Position numbers and translations under genes: made by a program. This document shows positions 1-10,516 of a stretch of 64,000 bases of DNA, piece after piece (the first letter of the stretch is position 1; the number at the start of each line of letters is the position of its first letter). The DNA comes from Blastocladiella emersonii ATCC 22665 (lineage: Eukaryota; Fungi; Blastocladiomycota). The stretch spans positions 5,078,961 through 5,142,960 of the forward strand of contig JANHCV010000001.1 of the NCBI GenBank assembly GCA_025594325.1. The letters are read 5' to 3'. The notes under the pieces are model-generated. The model ran no database searches. It had not been told where the DNA came from and saw nothing but the letters and a program-made list of their open reading frames with translations.

Positions 1-447
1 GAGTGCTGGGCGTGCGCCAAGCATACGCGCGCGTACGTGTTCCACCTGCTCGATTGCCATGAGATGCTGGGCTGGACGCTGCTCGCCATGTACGTTTCGC
101 TGCTACGCTTGCTTCGCGAGAACGAGTTACTGATACGGGAGTTCTGTAGCCACAACGTGCACCAGCTCGACGCGTTCCTGGCCTCGATCCGCGCGGCCAT
201 CGACACGAACGTCGGCGCCGCGGCGCAGGCCGCCGTCGACGCGTGGCTCGCGCGGTACGAGCGCGACGTCGGGCCCGAGCAGAAGCGTATCGTCGACGAG
301 GTCCTCGGCCTCGGCCTGCCCACCGCGACCGCGGCCAAGGCGGCGACCGAGAAGCCGCAGCTCAAGCGGCCACGGTCCACGGACTCTGCGGCGGCCGCCG
401 AGTCCGAGAAGAAGACGAAGAAGCAGAAGACGGGCAGCAGCGAGTGA
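1..447 (+). CDS. QTRT2: 3' end of a queuine tRNA-ribosyltransferase family gene, probably accessory subunit QTRT2 (5' truncated by window; intron 90-149)
   Basis: Spliced reading gives ECWACAKHTRAYVFHLLDCHEMLGWTLLAI|HNVHQLDAFLASIRAAI, matching the TGT zinc-binding C-terminal motif CxxCxxH(T/S)RAYxxHL...HN; basic C-terminal tail. QTRT1 versus QTRT2 is not fully resolved. Confidence 0.65.
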   Translation, partial: ECWACAKHTRAYVFHLLDCHEMLGWTLLAMYVSLLRLLRENELLIREFCSHNVHQLDAFLASIRAAIDTNVGAAAQAAVDAWLARYERDVGPEQKRIVDEVLGLGLPTATAAKAATEKPQLKRPRSTDSAAAAESEKKTKKQKTGSSE

Positions 448-498
448 ACAGAACCTACTACTACTAGTACATTGTATTTTGCGCCAACCACCACCGAC

Positions 499-3429
499 TT
501 AGATGTACGGGAACGCGGCAAACTCAGCAACCCGACTCAGCTCGCGCGTCCGCGCATCGTCCTCCTCCTCGTCCCCCTCATCCTCGCCGTCGTACTCGCC
601 GTCCTCCTCGCCCTCGTACTCGTCGTCGTAAGACTCCTCCCCCTCCTCAAAGTACTCCTCGCCCTCGATCCCGAGCCCGGCGTCGGCCGCGTCGATGGCG
701 TCGGGGTCGCCGAGCCCGTCGCCGTCGGTATCCTCGTCGTCGTCCTCGAGCCCGGGCACGTCGATGGGCACCGCGGGCAGCTCGCGGCGCCAGTACGACC
801 AGTCGTTGAACTGGGCGTCGAACCCGCGCGTGCCGACGGCCGGGAAGATCTGGTCGACGAGGTGGTTGAGGTCGAGGTACGTCGCGCGGTACCCCTCGAG
901 CAGCTCGCGCTTCACCTCGCCGGCGGGGTTGATGGTGAAGATGCGCGAGGTCGGGACGCCGACGGCGCGGTACGAGTACGCGTCCGTGTGCCGGTTGCCG
1001 AACCCGGCGTAGAACGGGTGCTTGGTGTCGGGGGAGAAGAGGGCGCGGATGTCGCGGAGACAGGCGACCTTGAACTCCTCGGGGCGGCGCTGGATCACCT
1101 CGCGGGTGAATGCGGCGACGAGGCGGTCGGGCGACAGGAACACGGGACCGTCGGGCAGCTGGTACTGGCCCTGCTCGACCTTGTTGAGGTAGTTGCGCGT
1201 GTACTGGGCCTGGCCGATGGCGCGCGACGTCAGGTACAGCATCTGGTACCCGTTCTTGCGCACCCCCGTGTACAGCGACGCCACGCCCGAGTGCGTCCAG
1301 TCGCGCCCGACCATGGTGAACAGGTGCCCGAGCGCGTCCGACTTGGTGATGGTCCCGTCAATGTCCGAGATCACCACCTGTTCCGTCGACGACCACAGGA
1401 AGATGCGGCTGTGGCACACGGCCGCGCCCTGCAGCCCGCTCGTCACCGTGAACGTGACGTGGTTCGGCCCGGGCTGCAGGCCCAGCGACTTGAGCTGCTC
1501 GGACGTCAGTCGCAGCGTCTTGAGGTAGTGCTTGGCGGGCGCGACGCCCATCGCGAGCTCCGAGTCCGACACGGCGCCCTCGTCGCCCGAGCTGTTGGCG
1601 GCAGCCGCAGCGGCAGCGGCCGCAGCACCGGCGCTCGAGTCGAGCACGTCGGACGCCGACTGCGACCGGACGGGCGGGGACCCGGCGTTGGCATTGCCGA
1701 CCTTGAGCAGGCCGTCGGCGGACTCGCCGCCCGAGATGGCGGGCATCGCGGTCTGCGCGCGGGACTCGTGGGTAAGCCGCGGCCCGTTCCCGGTGCCGGG
1801 CGTGGGCGGGTCGTCGTGGAACCCGCCGAGGGCAGGAACCCCGCGGTTCGCGGCCTTGTCCTCGCGGGAGCTGCGGGACCACCACGAACGCCACGCGCTG
1901 CGGCGCGACCCGGCGGACGAAGTCGCAGGCGGCGGGGTGGCGGGCGGGGCGGCGGCGAGCAGCGTGTCGACGGTGGCCGAGGGGAGCGCGCGGTTGAAGG
2001 CGAGCATGGCGACGAGCATGGGCCCGGCGACGGACCACGGGTAGAACTGGCGGTCCATGCGCACGACCAGGTCGCGCGACGCGAGCAACTTTGCGGGCTG
2101 CGAGACAAACTGGTCGTACGTGATGCGCTTGGCGTCAAAGTCGGCGTCGGTCAGGTCCTTGCGGTAGCCCGCGAGGGAGACCTCGATGGGGCCCTCCTGC
2201 TGCGGCTGCTGCGGCGCGTCGAGGGCGCGTGACATGGCGGCACCGTCCTGCGAGTCGCCGGCGGCGGCGGCGGTCGCGACGAGCTCCGGGTTGGACGGCG
2301 ACGCCGAGATGGTGCCGTCGGGCAGCGCGCGCGAGGTCGACGGCGTCGGGTCAGTCTTGACGGGCATCTTGCCCCAGCCCCAGCTCCACTTGTTGGCGTT
2401 GGACGCGGACGAGGGCGAGGCGGACGAGCCGAGCTCGTGGTACTCGAGCTCCGTGTCGCTGAGCGCGCTCTGGTGCGCCTTGGCCTGCTGGATGCGGGTC
2501 TCGACCTCGAGCTCCGTGTCCGAGAAGGGGTGGACGTCTGCGAGGCAGGGGATGTTAGTGCTGCTCGCACGGATCAGTGACCCCCAAAAAAGCGTACCAG
2601 TGGTGGACGTCTCGCCGTCGACGGTGATGGCAACGTGGGGTGATGGCGGGAGGTCGATCTCGGCGACGACGGCGGCCTCCTGGTCCGAGAACTCGAACTC
2701 GGAGGCGCTGTGGTAGCCGCCGTTGACCGTCTCGTCGGCGACGGTGACGGAGACCGAGTCCGGGTCGTTGGCGAGCACCGCCGTGACGGTTGTGGTCGTG
2801 GTGGTCGTCGTCGTGGCGGTCGCGGCGGCCGTGAAGTCGGTCGTTGTGGTCGGCGGCACCTCGCCGATCGGGGTATTGACGGCGGTCACGATGATGGGCT
2901 CCTCTTCCACGACAGTCTCGACGACCTCGATGATGGTCTGGGCGGGCGACTCGGACATGGGGATGGTGGTGGTGGTGACGGTGGTCTCGGGGCTGAGGTG
3001 GTCGACGTGCACGGTGTGCTCGGCGGGCGGGAGGGTGGCGGCGGAGAGCGATGCGCCGAGGTCAAGCGGCTCGAGCTCGTCGACGGCCGAGTCGGCGGTG
3101 GGCGGGGACGCCGAGGCGATGGGCGAGGTGGCGAGGTCGGTCGGGACGGGGTCGTCGGTCTCGACGACGAAGAAGGCCTCGCCGTGCTCGCCGACCTTCA
3201 TCTGCACGTCGACGACCTTGTCGTTGACGCGCACCTCGACCACCTTCTCGTGCGGGCGCAGCAGCTGCAGCTTGCCGAAGCGCACGTGGAACGGCGACGC
3301 GGCCATGGACCCGTCGGCGTGCTCGACGCACACAATGTCGATGGACCCGGACAGCGTCGACGGGTTGATGTCCTTGTAGAAGTCGGTGACCGTCATGAGC
3401 AGCGACGTCACCTTGGACATCATCGACAT
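499..3429 (-). CDS. PAH1: Lipin / Mg-dependent phosphatidate phosphatase (Pah1/Ned1)
   Basis: N-LIP (INPSTLSGSIDI...SPFHVRFGKL), C-LIP with catalytic DIDGT, YLTSRAIGQ, GFGNR, acidic tail; single uninterrupted 976-aa ORF. Confidence 0.97.
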   Translation of the reverse strand: MSMMSKVTSLLMTVTDFYKDINPSTLSGSIDIVCVEHADGSMAASPFHVRFGKLQLLRPHEKVVEVRVNDKVVDVQMKVGEHGEAFFVVETDDPVPTDLATSPIASASPPTADSAVDELEPLDLGASLSAATLPPAEHTVHVDHLSPETTVTTTTIPMSESPAQTIIEVVETVVEEEPIIVTAVNTPIGEVPPTTTTDFTAAATATTTTTTTTTVTAVLANDPDSVSVTVADETVNGGYHSASEFEFSDQEAAVVAEIDLPPSPHVAITVDGETSTTGTLFWGSLIRASSTNIPCLADVHPFSDTELEVETRIQQAKAHQSALSDTELEYHELGSSASPSSASNANKWSWGWGKMPVKTDPTPSTSRALPDGTISASPSNPELVATAAAAGDSQDGAAMSRALDAPQQPQQEGPIEVSLAGYRKDLTDADFDAKRITYDQFVSQPAKLLASRDLVVRMDRQFYPWSVAGPMLVAMLAFNRALPSATVDTLLAAAPPATPPPATSSAGSRRSAWRSWWSRSSREDKAANRGVPALGGFHDDPPTPGTGNGPRLTHESRAQTAMPAISGGESADGLLKVGNANAGSPPVRSQSASDVLDSSAGAAAAAAAAAANSSGDEGAVSDSELAMGVAPAKHYLKTLRLTSEQLKSLGLQPGPNHVTFTVTSGLQGAAVCHSRIFLWSSTEQVVISDIDGTITKSDALGHLFTMVGRDWTHSGVASLYTGVRKNGYQMLYLTSRAIGQAQYTRNYLNKVEQGQYQLPDGPVFLSPDRLVAAFTREVIQRRPEEFKVACLRDIRALFSPDTKHPFYAGFGNRHTDAYSYRAVGVPTSRIFTINPAGEVKRELLEGYRATYLDLNHLVDQIFPAVGTRGFDAQFNDWSYWRRELPAVPIDVPGLEDDDEDTDGDGLGDPDAIDAADAGLGIEGEEYFEEGEESYDDEYEGEEDGEYDGEDEGDEEEDDARTRELSRVAEFAAFPYI

Positions 3430-3638
3430 GGCGGGCAGGCGGTGTGGAGCCCCGAGTCCGTCGGCGGCTAGCGGATGATGGTGGCGGTGCTGGGAGTGTG
3501 TGGGGGCGGCTGTCGCGCGAGGTTGTTGATGCGTAGCAGATGTGTTACGTTGCTTTGGGGGAAAGGGAGAGAGAGCGAGGGCGTTGGGGGGCGTCGCTGC
3601 AAGGGACAGGCGACTCGCCGTGCAAGCGTCGACGTGGC

Positions 3639-3707
3639 GGCGCGAAACGCGTCGGCACGGTGGATGATGTCACGGTGATCTCACTGCGACGCGTCACATT
3701 TGGCGCG
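3639..3707. promoter_or_regulatory. Cell-cycle element cluster in the PAH1/POL1 divergent promoter: two E2F-type and two MCB sites
   Basis: GGCGCGAAA at 3639-3647 (reverse complement TTTCGCGCC) overlapping ACGCGT at 3647-3652; ACGCGT at 3689-3694 followed by TTTGGCGCG at 3699-3707; 150-215 bp upstream of the POL1 ATG. Confidence 0.5.
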
Positions 3708-3854
3708 ACGGGCGTGGCAGGCCGTCCACAGGATGCACATCTCGAGCGCGTCTCACGGCCGGTCCGCGGGTCGCGACCGCTCGCTCGATCGAATCCAGCC
3801 GCCTCGACCCCCTCCCCTCGCACCCGCAACCTTTCGCTTACACACACCCTTGCA

Positions 3855-6800
3855 ATGTCATCTTCGCGCTCGCGCCGGTCGGCCGCCGGTGGCGGGGCCA
3901 GCTCGCGGCTCGACAAGCTGCGCAGCCTGCGCGAGGTGCGCGACGGCGTCACGTCGCGCGAGGAGCAGTACCACGCCGGCGACGAGGACGACGCCGCCAT
4001 CTACGACGAGGTCGACGACGAGGAGTTTGGCCGCATCCGCCGCGACCACCTGCGCCACGACAACTTCATCGTCGACGACGACGGCGGCGGCTACGGCAAC
4101 GTGCTCGAGGACTGGGACCAGCCGCAGGAGTTTGACTCGGACGACGACGAGGGCGGTGCCGCCGCGTCAAAGTCCAAGCGCGGCGCGGCCGCCGCCAAGG
4201 GGAAGGGCAAGGGCAAGGCCGCCGCGGCTGCTGCCGCCGCCGTCGCGACGGCACCGGCCAAGAAGCGCCCGCACGAGCAGTCCATTGCTGCCGCATTTTC
4301 CAAGGTCGAGGCCAAGGCTGCCATGGCGCCGCGGGTACGATTGTATTCGTTGTGCACTTCGCCTCGCGCATGATTGACGCGTCTCGCCGCGTAGACGAAA
4401 CCGGCGCCGAAACCGACGAGCAAGGACGAGTCGCAGTTCCTCGACAGCCTGCTCGCCGACATTGACTCGGCACCGACCGCCTCATCCTCCCTGCCGGCTG
4501 CGCGGACCGCGTCCCTCGCGTCCGACGCGCCGCGCAAGAAGCAGCGCCTGATCCCCAACTCGGTGCGCTCGGGCCTCGCTCCCGTCTCGGGCCCGCGTCC
4601 GTCGGCCGCGTCGCGCTCCACGCCGTTCGCATCGCGTCCCGACGCGTCCGCCGCCCTCCCGTCGGGCAGCCAGGACGACCTGAGCTTCACCTTCGAGGAC
4701 CGCATGGACCTCGCCCTCAGCAGCGACGCGCCCACCGGCCTCGACGCCGATTTCGGCGACCTGCTCGACGACGACCACCGCCACCCCGTCGCACCAGCTC
4801 GGACCACGACGCCGAGCGCCGACCGCTTTGCCGGCGCCGCGATCCCGGCTTTCACGGACGACGCCGACGCCAACGCCATGGACGTGGATGCCGACGCGGA
4901 TGCGGCCGTCAAGCCCGAGCCGGGCACCGCCGAGCCCGCCGTGCGCAAGATCTCGACCGTCAAGCCCAAGGTCAAGGTCAAGGCGCTCGACGTGCCGCTG
5001 TTCCCGACATCCAACTTTGTCCCCGTCGGCGCCGTCAACCCGGCCTCGGTCGTCGAGCCCGACGGCCGCCTGCTCATGTTCTACCTGGACGCGGCCGAGA
5101 TCAACGGCGTCGTGTTCCTGTTCGGCAAGGTGCGCGCCAGTGCCGGCGCCGGTGAGCAGCGCGACCAGTGGGCCAGCTGCTGCGTCGCGGTGCGCGGCGT
5201 CGAGCGCAACATGTTCCTCCTGCCGCGCGAGTTCCGCACCAGCCCCGGCGGCGAGGTCTCGGACGCCGCTGTCGGACCAATGGACGTGTACTCGGAGTTT
5301 GACGCGATCCGCCGCCAGCACCGCATCGCGCGGTTCGCGTCCAAGTTCGTCGAGCGCAACTACGCCTTCGAGGTGCCCGGCGTCCCCGCCTCGGCGCAGT
5401 GGATGAAGATCGCGTACAGCTTCGACGACCCGGCGCTCCCCGCCGACCTCGCCGGCGAAACCTTCTCGCACGCGTTCGGCACCAACACGTCCGCGCTCGA
5501 GCTGCTCATCCTCAAGCGCAAGCTCATGGGCCCATGCTGGATCGCTGTCGCCGACGCGGCCGTGACTGCGCCGTCCGTGTCGTGGTGCAAGGTCGAGTGC
5601 ACCGTGACCGACCCCAAGTCCATCTCGGTGCTCAAGCAACAGCCGCCCGCGCCGCCAATCACGCTCATGGCGCTGTCTATCAAGACCACGCTCAACGCCA
5701 AGAGCCAGCAGGAGATCCTCACGCTGACGACGCTGACCTACACGGCGGGGCTCGAGGACACGGCGGCGCCGGCGCCCGTGCAGCAGATGATCCTGGTGCG
5801 GCCGCCAACCGCCGGCATGCCGCTGCACGTCTCGGGGCGCGACATCAAGCCGCACCAGTCGGAGCGCAGCCTGCTCAACCAGTTCATGGCCAACCTGCAG
5901 ATGCAGGACCCGGACGTGCTCGTCGGGCACAACATCTGCGGGTTCGACGTGGACGTGCTCATGGCGCGGTTCAAGGTGCTCAACGTGACGCAGTGGTCCA
6001 AGATCGGCCGGCTGCGCCGCGGCCAGTTCCCGAAGTCGCCCGCGCAGTTCCGCGCCGCCGCGTCCGGCCGCCTGCTGCTCGACACGTACCTCGCCGCCAA
6101 GGAGTTCATCGGGTCGTCGAAATCCTACTCACTCAACTTCCTCGCCGAGGAGCACCTCAAGCACGCGCGCGCCGACCTCGACTTCGCGGCCGTGCGCCAC
6201 CAGTTCGACGCCCCGCACACGCTCAACGCCCTGCTCCAGTACACGGTCCAGGACTGCCTGCTCGTCGTCGCCCTCATGACCCACCTCCAATGCCTCTCGC
6301 TGTACAAGCAGATCGCCAACACGTGCGGGAGCGTCCTGTCGCGCACCATGGTCGGCGGCCGCGCCGAGCGCAACGAGTTCCTCCTCCTCCACGAGTTCCA
6401 CGCCGCGAAATACGTCGTCCCGGACAAGCTGGCCTTTGGCAAGTCGGGCGACGCGGGCGCTGGTGCTGCTGGAGCGGGTCGCGCGGCGGCGGCTGCTGCG
6501 AGTGCGGCGGCACCCGTCGCGGGGCTCGACGGCGACGACGAGGACGAGGACGTGCAGGCCGAGGCGGCGGCCGCCGCGTTCGGGCCCGACGTCATTCCCA
6601 CGCACGCCGCGGGCGGCAACAACAACAACGCGGCCGGCGGTAAGGGCAAGCGGCGCAAGCCGCAGTACGCGGGCGGTCTCGTGCTGGAGCCCAAGCGCGG
6701 GTTCTACGACTCGTACGTGCTGCTGCTCGATTTCCTGTCGCTGTACCCGTCGATCATCCGCGAGTACAACATCTGCTTCACGACGGTCAGCCGCACGCAG

Positions 6801-8654
6801 CTCGACGCGTCCGGGTTCCCGCCGCTGCCCAAGGCCGACGGCGAGGGGATCCTGCCGCGGCTCATCACGACGCTGGTGATGCGGCGGCGGCAGGTCAAGT
6901 CGCTCATGAAGTCGTGCACGCCCGCCGAGCACGCCCAGTACAACATCCGCCAGCTCGCCCTCAAGCTCACGGCCAACTCCATGTACGGGTGCCTCGGGTT
7001 CTCCTTCTCGCGCTTCTACTGCAAGCCGCTCGCCGCCCTCATCACGCGCATGGGCCGCGAGATCCTCCAGGCCACCGTCGACCTCGCCGGCGCCAACGAC
7101 ATGCACGTCATCTATGGCGACACGGACTCGATCATGATCCACACGGGCACCCACGACCTCCCGCACGTCCGCGCGCTCGGCCGCAAGCTGCAGGACCTCG
7201 TCAACCGCCAGTACAAGCACCTCGAGATCGAGATGGACGGGTTCTACGAGCGCATGCTGCTGCTCAAGAAGAAGAAGTACGCGGCGGTCGTCGTCGAGGA
7301 GGACTCGGGCGCGCCGCTCGTCGACGGGCAGCGTCCGCTCAAGCGCAAGATGGAGGTCAAGGGCCTCGACCTCGTCCGCCGCGACTGGTGCGGGCTCAGC
7401 CACCTCGTCTCCGAGTTCATCCTGAACCAGCTGCTCATGTCGGGCAACCCGCGCGAGCAGGTGCTCGCCGACATCCACGCGTTCCTCGAAAAGACAGCCG
7501 CCGAGGCGCGCGCCGGCCAGGTGCCCATCGACCTGTACGTCATCAACAAGGGCCTGACCAAGCGGCCGCGCGAGTACGCGGACGCCCACTCCCAGCCCCA
7601 CGTCACGGTCGCGCTCGCCATGGAGGCTACGGGCGAGGTGGTCCCTGTCGGCGCCACGGTCCCGTACGTGATCACGACGCCCGCCGCCGCGGTTAAGGCC
7701 GAGGACGGAAAGCCCGCCGAGACGCCCGCTGCACCGTCATCGGGTCCGAACGCGTCGTCGTCGATTGCCTCGCGCGCCCGCCACCCGAACGTGCTCGCGC
7801 GCGACCCGTCGCTCGCCGTCGACGTCGAATGGTACCTCGGCCAGCAGGTGCTCCCGCCCGTGACGCGCCTGTGCGCCGTGATCGAGGGCACCGACCCCGC
7901 GCAGCTCGCGCACTGCCTCGGGCTCGACGCGCGCCAGTTTGCGCATTTCGGCGCGGCCGGCGGCGCGGGCAGCGGCGACGCGTCCAATGACGTGCAGCCG
8001 CTCGACGCGATGCTGTCAGACGAGGAGCGGTTCGCCGCCGTCGAGAAGCTGTACCTGCGGTGCAAGCACCCGGCGTGCACCGCGTCCGCGGACCCGTACC
8101 TCGTCACCGGCCCGCTGCGCGGCGCCGACGGGGCCGACCCGGTCGCGGCCACGACGCCCGGTTCCGTGTCCGTCGGCTGGTCGTGCCCAGCGTGCGGCCA
8201 CGCGCCGCCCGTCGCCAGCGTGACCGCGCAGGTCGTCACGCAGCTCCGCGCGCACGTCACCCGGTACGCGCAGCGGTGGCTCGTATGCAACGACGCGGCG
8301 TGTGCGTGGCGCACGCGCAACGTCCGCGTGTACGGCGCGCGGTGCGCGCAGTTCCCGCGGTGCACCGGCCGCATGGGGTTCGTCTACTCGCCCAACGCCC
8401 TGTACCGCCAGCTCGCCTACTACGCGCACCTGTTTGACGCGGACAAGGCGACCGCGCGCGCGGCTAAGGTCGGCGGCGAGGTCGCGCGCGCTGTGCTCCT
8501 TTCTCACGCGCACGAGTTCCGCGCCGTTCACAGCGCCGTCAACGCGTACATTGCCGTGAATGATCGGACCCAGGTCGATCTCGCGTCGCTGTTTTCGTTC
8601 ATGCGCGTCGGCGGGGCGGGAGCGACGGCGGTGGTGGCCAAGGTCGGTCGGTGA
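3855..8654 (+). CDS. POL1: DNA polymerase alpha catalytic subunit (intron 4335-4394)
   Basis: N-terminal IYDEVDDEEF...FIVDDDGGGY motif; family B motifs LDFLSLYPSII, KLTANSMYGCLG, VIYGDTDS; C-terminal Cys-rich zinc fingers. The intron joins ORF 3540 frame to ORF 4563 frame. Confidence 0.98.
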
Positions 8655-8867
8655 TCTCGGGGTGAGGGTTGATTGAATAGATTTCATATGTTGCTCAAAC
8701 ATCGGACTTGATTGGTAGTGCCGAACGAGACGAAGACGTGGCGTGAGACGCGTCACGAAATCATGTGCGTCCACGGTGAGATGAACTTCGCGCCCTCTCT
8801 GTGTCGCCTTGCGAGCCTCAACGACATCGAGATGCAGTACTGAGTGTCGTGCAAACGTTTTCATTAG

Positions 8868-9868
8868 CTAGCCATCACAGTCGCCGCCGTCGATCAGGAA
8901 GCAAATCACCGCACACCACGACCACCGCCCGCCTTCAAGCGCGGCCATCGTCACGAGCGAGCCTTTCACACGGCGGACGGCAACACTCGCAGCGGCCAGG
9001 GCATCCACGACGGAATTGGCTTCGCGGAGCCGGCACTTCCCATCATCAACAAACGTCTTGACATGAGCTCGAACCGAGCGCATCGCTTCGTCAATTGATT
9101 GACGCGAACCAGGCAGCGTCGTCCAGGGGATCGTGTGCATCGAGTTGGTCGGCGAGCTCCAGTCGTACGTGTAACGCATGCCCGGTCCTAAGCCGTTAGC
9201 TGTCGAGAAACCACTGAGCCGTGAGCGGCGCTTCCGCCGCTCACGGCCGCTGCGACGGCGTTGGTAAAGTCGGGCCCGTTTACGTAGGCATTCATCTCGC
9301 TGATAGTCTGCTTCGGAATAGCTTCGAGCTCGTGGATCGGACCCTGGTTGATGGCCAAGTCCGCAATGGCCTGGTCGCAGCGGTCCGAGTTGAGGACCGT
9401 ATGTTGAGCAGCGTCAAGCGCATGAACGGCCGAGCGGAGCGCGTCGCGCGCGGCAGCGTCGCAAGTCTCGGACACGCACAGCACCCGAGTTGCCATGCGA
9501 GGAGCGCGCTCGTTGGCGAGCCGGTGGTGGAGAAGTTGCTCAAGAAAGAGCTGCGAGATCGAGCGCTCAGCGTTCTCGTGAGAGATCTGCTGCGAGAAGA
9601 GCGAGATGCGAAGCTTGCGCTGCGTCCGCGAAGCGTGGAATGTGAGCTCGAAATCGAAAACGACACAGAGAAGACCAGAGTAAGTCTCGCCGCCAATGTC
9701 GCTGGCCGACAGGTGGGTGTCGAAGCTGTCCATGACGTCGTCGAGTTCCTCGGGTGTATTGCAAGTGCGACCATCGAGCTTTGCAATGCTGACCGAGAGC
9801 GGCCGATGTGTGTGGTCGTTCAGCGGCTGCAGCTCGGCTTCCTCGAGGCCGCTGTGGAGAGAAACCAT
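8868..9868 (-). CDS. Hypothetical protein, probably spliced; lower GC than neighbouring genes
   Basis: 226-aa ORF (9188-9868) containing a GTGAGC...GCTAAC...TTAG intron-like segment near 9190-9246, and a downstream 103-aa ORF; no recognisable domain; exon joining frame unresolved. Confidence 0.35.
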
Positions 9869-9972
9869 TGCAGCGCCGTCGCTCGAAACAGGATCGTCCC
9901 AGCGAGCAATCGCCCCGCAGCATTCGACGCGGCAGTGGCCCGCGAGACACGCTGCGAGACGCGTGTTGATAT

Positions 9973-10005
9973 CACGTGCTGATCAGCTTCACGTGCTGAT
10001 CAGCT
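9973..10005 (+). repeat. Direct repeat 2 x CACGTGCTGATCAGCT
   Basis: Perfect 16-bp copies at 9973-9988 and 9990-10005, each containing the CACGTG and TGATCA palindromes. Confidence 0.8.
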
Positions 10006-10084
10006 CCACGCCAGAACCCCTGTCCACGCGTTTTTCGTCTCGCCTCATCCGTTTCGTGTCGAGCTAACCTTCCCTCGCAAAAAA

Positions 10085-10178
10085 GGAGGCGGTTATTCTG
10101 CCCCCCAGCCGGTTATTCTGCCCCCCTCGGCTATTCTGCCCCCCAGGTTATTCTGCCGTCCAGACGCGGTCACATGAT
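10085..10178 (+). repeat. Left TIR of the MULE (four tandem ~17-bp G(G/C)TATTCTGCCCCCC units plus CGGTCACATGAT)
   Basis: Inverted match to 15309-15401, including identical TATTCTGCCCCCCAGCCGGTTATTCTGCCCCCC and CGGTCACATGAT blocks. Confidence 0.9.
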
Positions 10179-10516
10179 TAAAAAACGCGTGAAATGACCC
10201 AGCTCAACTCCGCGCACCAAAACCAACTCCCTCGAAAAATGTGGCACGCTGCACGCACGGAAAAAAAGGTGACCGCTTCCCGCGTGAAATTTCCAACCAA
10301 AAAAAAATATTACGCGGATTCCTAGTGCCGTCGGCGCGACCGTCTTGACGCGTCGCGCACCACGCGTCGCCTCAAAGCAGATCGGACAAACACTGAGCGC
10401 GTCCGATCGAGGAGACCAGCGCGGTGACGCGTGCAAGTCTGACCCAGAAAAAATATATTTCCTTCAATGACGAAAGCTGGGATGGAAGTTCAGTCTAGAA
10501 TCGCGAACTTGGTGCA

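Noticed and set aside
499-760. Acidic D/E/Y tail of lipin as a novel element
   Set aside because: An acidic C-terminal tail is a known feature of Pah1-type lipins.
472-2232. Long antisense and alternate-frame ORFs (for example 472-2232, 4482-5930, 19934-21631, 26108-27652, 37073-39907) as overlapping genes
   Set aside because: They mirror recognisable genes, are V/R/G/A-rich without motifs, and are the expected result of stop-codon scarcity at very high GC3.
10085-10160. Tandem 17-bp repeats as a CRISPR array
   Set aside because: No unique spacers, eukaryotic context, and an inverted copy at the other end of the element identify them as TIR subunits.
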